Below, one piece after another: positions 61,457 through 64,000 of a stretch of 64,000 bases of DNA. The notes beneath the pieces were generated by a model. The model was not told the origin of the DNA. It saw nothing but the letters and a program-made list of their open reading frames with translations, and did no database searches. Positions within the stretch are counted from its first letter, which is position 1, and each line of letters opens with the position of its first letter. Location of the stretch: NCBI GenBank assembly GCA_047601445.1, contig JASGJH010000001.1:3936001-4000000 (forward strand). Reading direction: 5' to 3'. The translations under genes were made by a program, and so were the position numbers. This stretch comes from Myxococcales bacterium. Its GTDB lineage: Bacteria; Myxococcota_A; Polyangia; Polyangiales; DASUME01.

Positions 61457-62248
61457 TCAGCGCCGAGCGGCGGTCGGATACTCGTCGCGTCGACGCCACC
61501 AGACGCTGGTCTCGTTGCGCCCCTTGGGAGCGCGGTCGAGCAGCTGGTACATGCCCCAGAAGCCGTCGACGCCACGCGCGTAGGCCGAGTACGTGTGGTA
61601 CACGACTCCGTCCTCCAGCGCGAACACGCTGAGGCCCGGGCGCTCCCGCGTGTAGGCGCCCGCGTCGACGCCCGAGCTCGCCGCGAGCATCTCCACCGGG
61701 CCTTCCTCACCAGGTTCGGCAGGGCCGATAGCGCGGGGCTCCCACCTCTGCTCGCGACGGTAGTTGTACTCCACGGTGCCGGCCCGCTGTTGTTCCTCGC
61801 TGAAGCGAACGTTGTAGTCCGCGCCGAAGTCGCTCCCGAACGACGATACCCACGTGAACGTCCAGCCCATGCGACGCTTGTAGGCATCGAGCTTGGCGAT
61901 AGGCGCGCGCGATACTGCCGCGAACGCCACGTCATGGTTCTCCAGGTGCACCGTGACCCCATTGAAGCCGTCGGCGATGCTCGAGCACGAAGGGCAGCCT
62001 GCCGAGAACTCGGGCCCGAACATGAAGTGATAGATCATGAGCTGGGAGCGCCCCTGGAAGAGCTCCGCCAGCGAGCTGCGGCCTCCGCTCGACTCGAAGT
62101 GATACTCCTTCCCGACGCGAACCCAGGGCAGCTCCTGACGCCGCTTGGCGAGCTCGTCGCTGCGGCGCGTGAGCTCCTTCTCCTCCGCGAGCAGTGCAAT
62201 CCGCGCGCTGAGCCATTCCTCGTGGGTGCCTTTGATGTGCTTGGTCAT
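61457..62248 (-). CDS. DUF899 thioredoxin-like protein
   Basis: EKELTRRSD..A..R..LPW, YHFMFGP, GCPSCS, LLDRAPKGRNE. Confidence 0.9.
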   Translation of the reverse strand: MTKHIKGTHEEWLSARIALLAEEKELTRRSDELAKRRQELPWVRVGKEYHFESSGGRSSLAELFQGRSQLMIYHFMFGPEFSAGCPSCSSIADGFNGVTVHLENHDVAFAAVSRAPIAKLDAYKRRMGWTFTWVSSFGSDFGADYNVRFSEEQQRAGTVEYNYRREQRWEPRAIGPAEPGEEGPVEMLAASSGVDAGAYTRERPGLSVFALEDGVVYHTYSAYARGVDGFWGMYQLLDRAPKGRNETSVWWRRRDEYPTAARR

Positions 62249-62282
62249 GGTCTTTGCTCCTTTCTGCGAATCGCTCGGGTGG

Positions 62283-63029
62283 TCACGCTGTGGGGCCCGC
62301 CATCATGGCGGCCATCTGTTGCTCCGAAGCCTTCGGTGAAGCTTGAAACCGTCGGCCGAAGTCGGCTGCGAACGGGTCCGGAAAGATGTCCTCGTGCCCT
62401 GCCTCGACACCATCGAGGATGGCGAGGGCCACGTCGGAGGGAGCGCTCTTGGGCAAGGCAAGCTCGCGCACCATGTCGGTATCGATGGGGCCCGCATAGA
62501 CGCCGAACACCGCCGTGCGCTGGGGGCCGAGCAAGAGCCGCGCAGCCTGGGTCAATGAATGCAGCGCCGCCTTCGAGGCGCTGTAGGTGGGCATCATCGG
62601 AACGTTGGTCAGGCCCGCCGCCGAGCCGATGTTAACCACCGCGCCGCCGCCATTCTTGGCGAGCACCGGAGCGAGCTGCTGCACGAGCTGGAGGGGGCCG
62701 AAGTAGTTCACCTCCATCTCGCGGCGCGCCAGGTCGACCACGCCGGCGTCTGCCAGACCGCGGGCCAGCGTGAGGCCGGCGTTGTTGAACACCAGGTCCA
62801 CGTCCTGGGCAGCCGCGACCGCCGCGCGCACCTGCTCCGGTTCGGTCACGTCGAGGCGCAGCTTGGCCACGCGCGGATCCGTCAGCGGTCGTAGAGACTC
62901 GGGAGTACGTGCGGTCGCGTAGACCTTCTTCACTCCGCGACTGAGCAGCGCCTCAATCAGTGCTCGACCGAGGCCACGGTTGGCCCCCGTCACCAGCGCC
63001 ACGGCTCCCTTCATCTTCGGTGCGTGCAT
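62283..63029 (-). CDS. Short-chain dehydrogenase/reductase
   Basis: TGANRGLG, NNAG, YSASK; AGGAGG RBS. Confidence 0.93.
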   Translation of the reverse strand: MHAPKMKGAVALVTGANRGLGRALIEALLSRGVKKVYATARTPESLRPLTDPRVAKLRLDVTEPEQVRAAVAAAQDVDLVFNNAGLTLARGLADAGVVDLARREMEVNYFGPLQLVQQLAPVLAKNGGGAVVNIGSAAGLTNVPMMPTYSASKAALHSLTQAARLLLGPQRTAVFGVYAGPIDTDMVRELALPKSAPSDVALAILDGVEAGHEDIFPDPFAADFGRRFQASPKASEQQMAAMMAGPTA

Positions 63030-63287
63030 GTTCCTTCCTCCTGTGTTCGACACAGGAAGCGATAGCGCCGCGCCGTGGGAGGCAGGGAGTAACAACCAAG
63101 GCGCGATTGACCGAGCCCGCCGCACGGCCGACTGGGCGAGAGCAGGTAGGAGCGCGTGGGCGTCGCACCTGAAACGTCACCGTTGCGCTACCGCGCAGCG
63201 TGGGCTGCCCATGCGTGGACGCACGCTGCCTTGCACATCCCCATGGACGTCGGGTGATTGCCGCGTGATAGCATTTCACCGTCGTCC

Positions 63288-64000
63288 ATGGTTCCACGCT
63301 TGCGCCTGCCATCTCTCCGGTACGCCGCGCTGGCGGTCGTGTGGTCCAGCCTGCAAACTGGCTGCTTCCTGATCGGCTACGAGAGCCTCGGGGACGAGCC
63401 CAAGAGTCGCGAAGACTTCGCTCCTGACGGGCCCGACGCCGCGGACGGCACCGACGCAGCCCATGCCCACGAGGACGGCGGCTGGAAGGACTTCGACGCA
63501 GGGCTCGTGTTCGATGCCGGTCTGCCCGACGGCGGGTCCACGAATCCCTCGCTGGACGCGGGCTCGGATCTCGACGCGGGCTCGAACCTCGACGCCGCAA
63601 CGGACGCGGCCGCTGACCCCGACGACGCAGGCGGCGGCAGTCACAACGACGGCAGCGTGCCTCCCACCGACGGCGGCAGCACCTGGGTCCCCCCGGACGC
63701 CGGCGAATGGTGGAAGGGTCTCACGCCCACATTGGCCTGCACCAACCCCTACTCGTGCAACCAGGCCTGCACCTCGGCCACGTCGCCGTGCTCCTTCAAC
63801 TGCGGCTCCGTGTCCTGCGTGCCCAGCTGCCAGGCCAACACCAAGTGCGTCACGAACTGCACCGCGGGTTCCAGCTGCGTCACGGGCTGCGCCGCCGGCG
63901 CCACCTGCCTCAACGAGTGCCACTCGTTTACCTGCACCAGCACCTGCCAGGCGGGCTCCTACTGCGAGCTGGACTGCATGGACTCCACCCAGTGCACCCT
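63288..64000 (+). CDS. Cys-rich repeat lipoprotein; 3'-truncated by the window and absent from the ORF track
   Basis: My translation: MVPRLRLPSLRYAALAVVWSSLQTGC, DAG-rich linker, then CTNPYSCNQAC...CELDCMDSTQC, with no stop. Confidence 0.75.
   Translation, partial: MVPRLRLPSLRYAALAVVWSSLQTGCFLIGYESLGDEPKSREDFAPDGPDAADGTDAAHAHEDGGWKDFDAGLVFDAGLPDGGSTNPSLDAGSDLDAGSNLDAATDAAADPDDAGGGSHNDGSVPPTDGGSTWVPPDAGEWWKGLTPTLACTNPYSCNQACTSATSPCSFNCGSVSCVPSCQANTKCVTNCTAGSSCVTGCAAGATCLNECHSFTCTSTCQAGSYCELDCMDSTQCT

Overview
High-GC bacterial chromosomal window. GD/DAG-linker lipoproteins, Cys-rich repeat proteins, ECF clusters, a fused ccoNO, a redB-like gene and many sigma-54 promoters suggest Myxococcota (Polyangia-like); this is inference. 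Main blocks: (1) 1-2054, sulfur-transport genes (a TauE-YeeE fusion and a second YeeE/YedE) plus an ECF sigma factor fused to a zinc-finger anti-sigma domain. (2) 10.9-24.5 kb, a low-oxygen/stress island (three USPs, CBS, DUF6544, acyltransferase, LOG, cbb3 oxidase ccoI-S-NO-Q-P-G) with seven sigma-54 promoter motifs and a repeated GCGCA-N5-TGCGC site. (3) 24.7-31.8 kb, a sulfur locus: metY-metA-cysE, a Cys/His microprotein, a Family 2A encapsulin with cysteine desulfurase cargo, and an XRE-cupin regulator. (4) 31.9-64 kb, signalling kinases, surface repeat lipoproteins, an ECF/anti-sigma/VWA cluster, a redB/redC-like module and housekeeping oxidoreductases. An orphan double-glycine-leader Cys-rich peptide lies at 7749-7958. 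Six single-base indels break five otherwise intact genes and are probably sequencing errors. I recognised no rRNA, tRNA, CRISPR array or transposase. All family calls come from motif recognition, not database searches.
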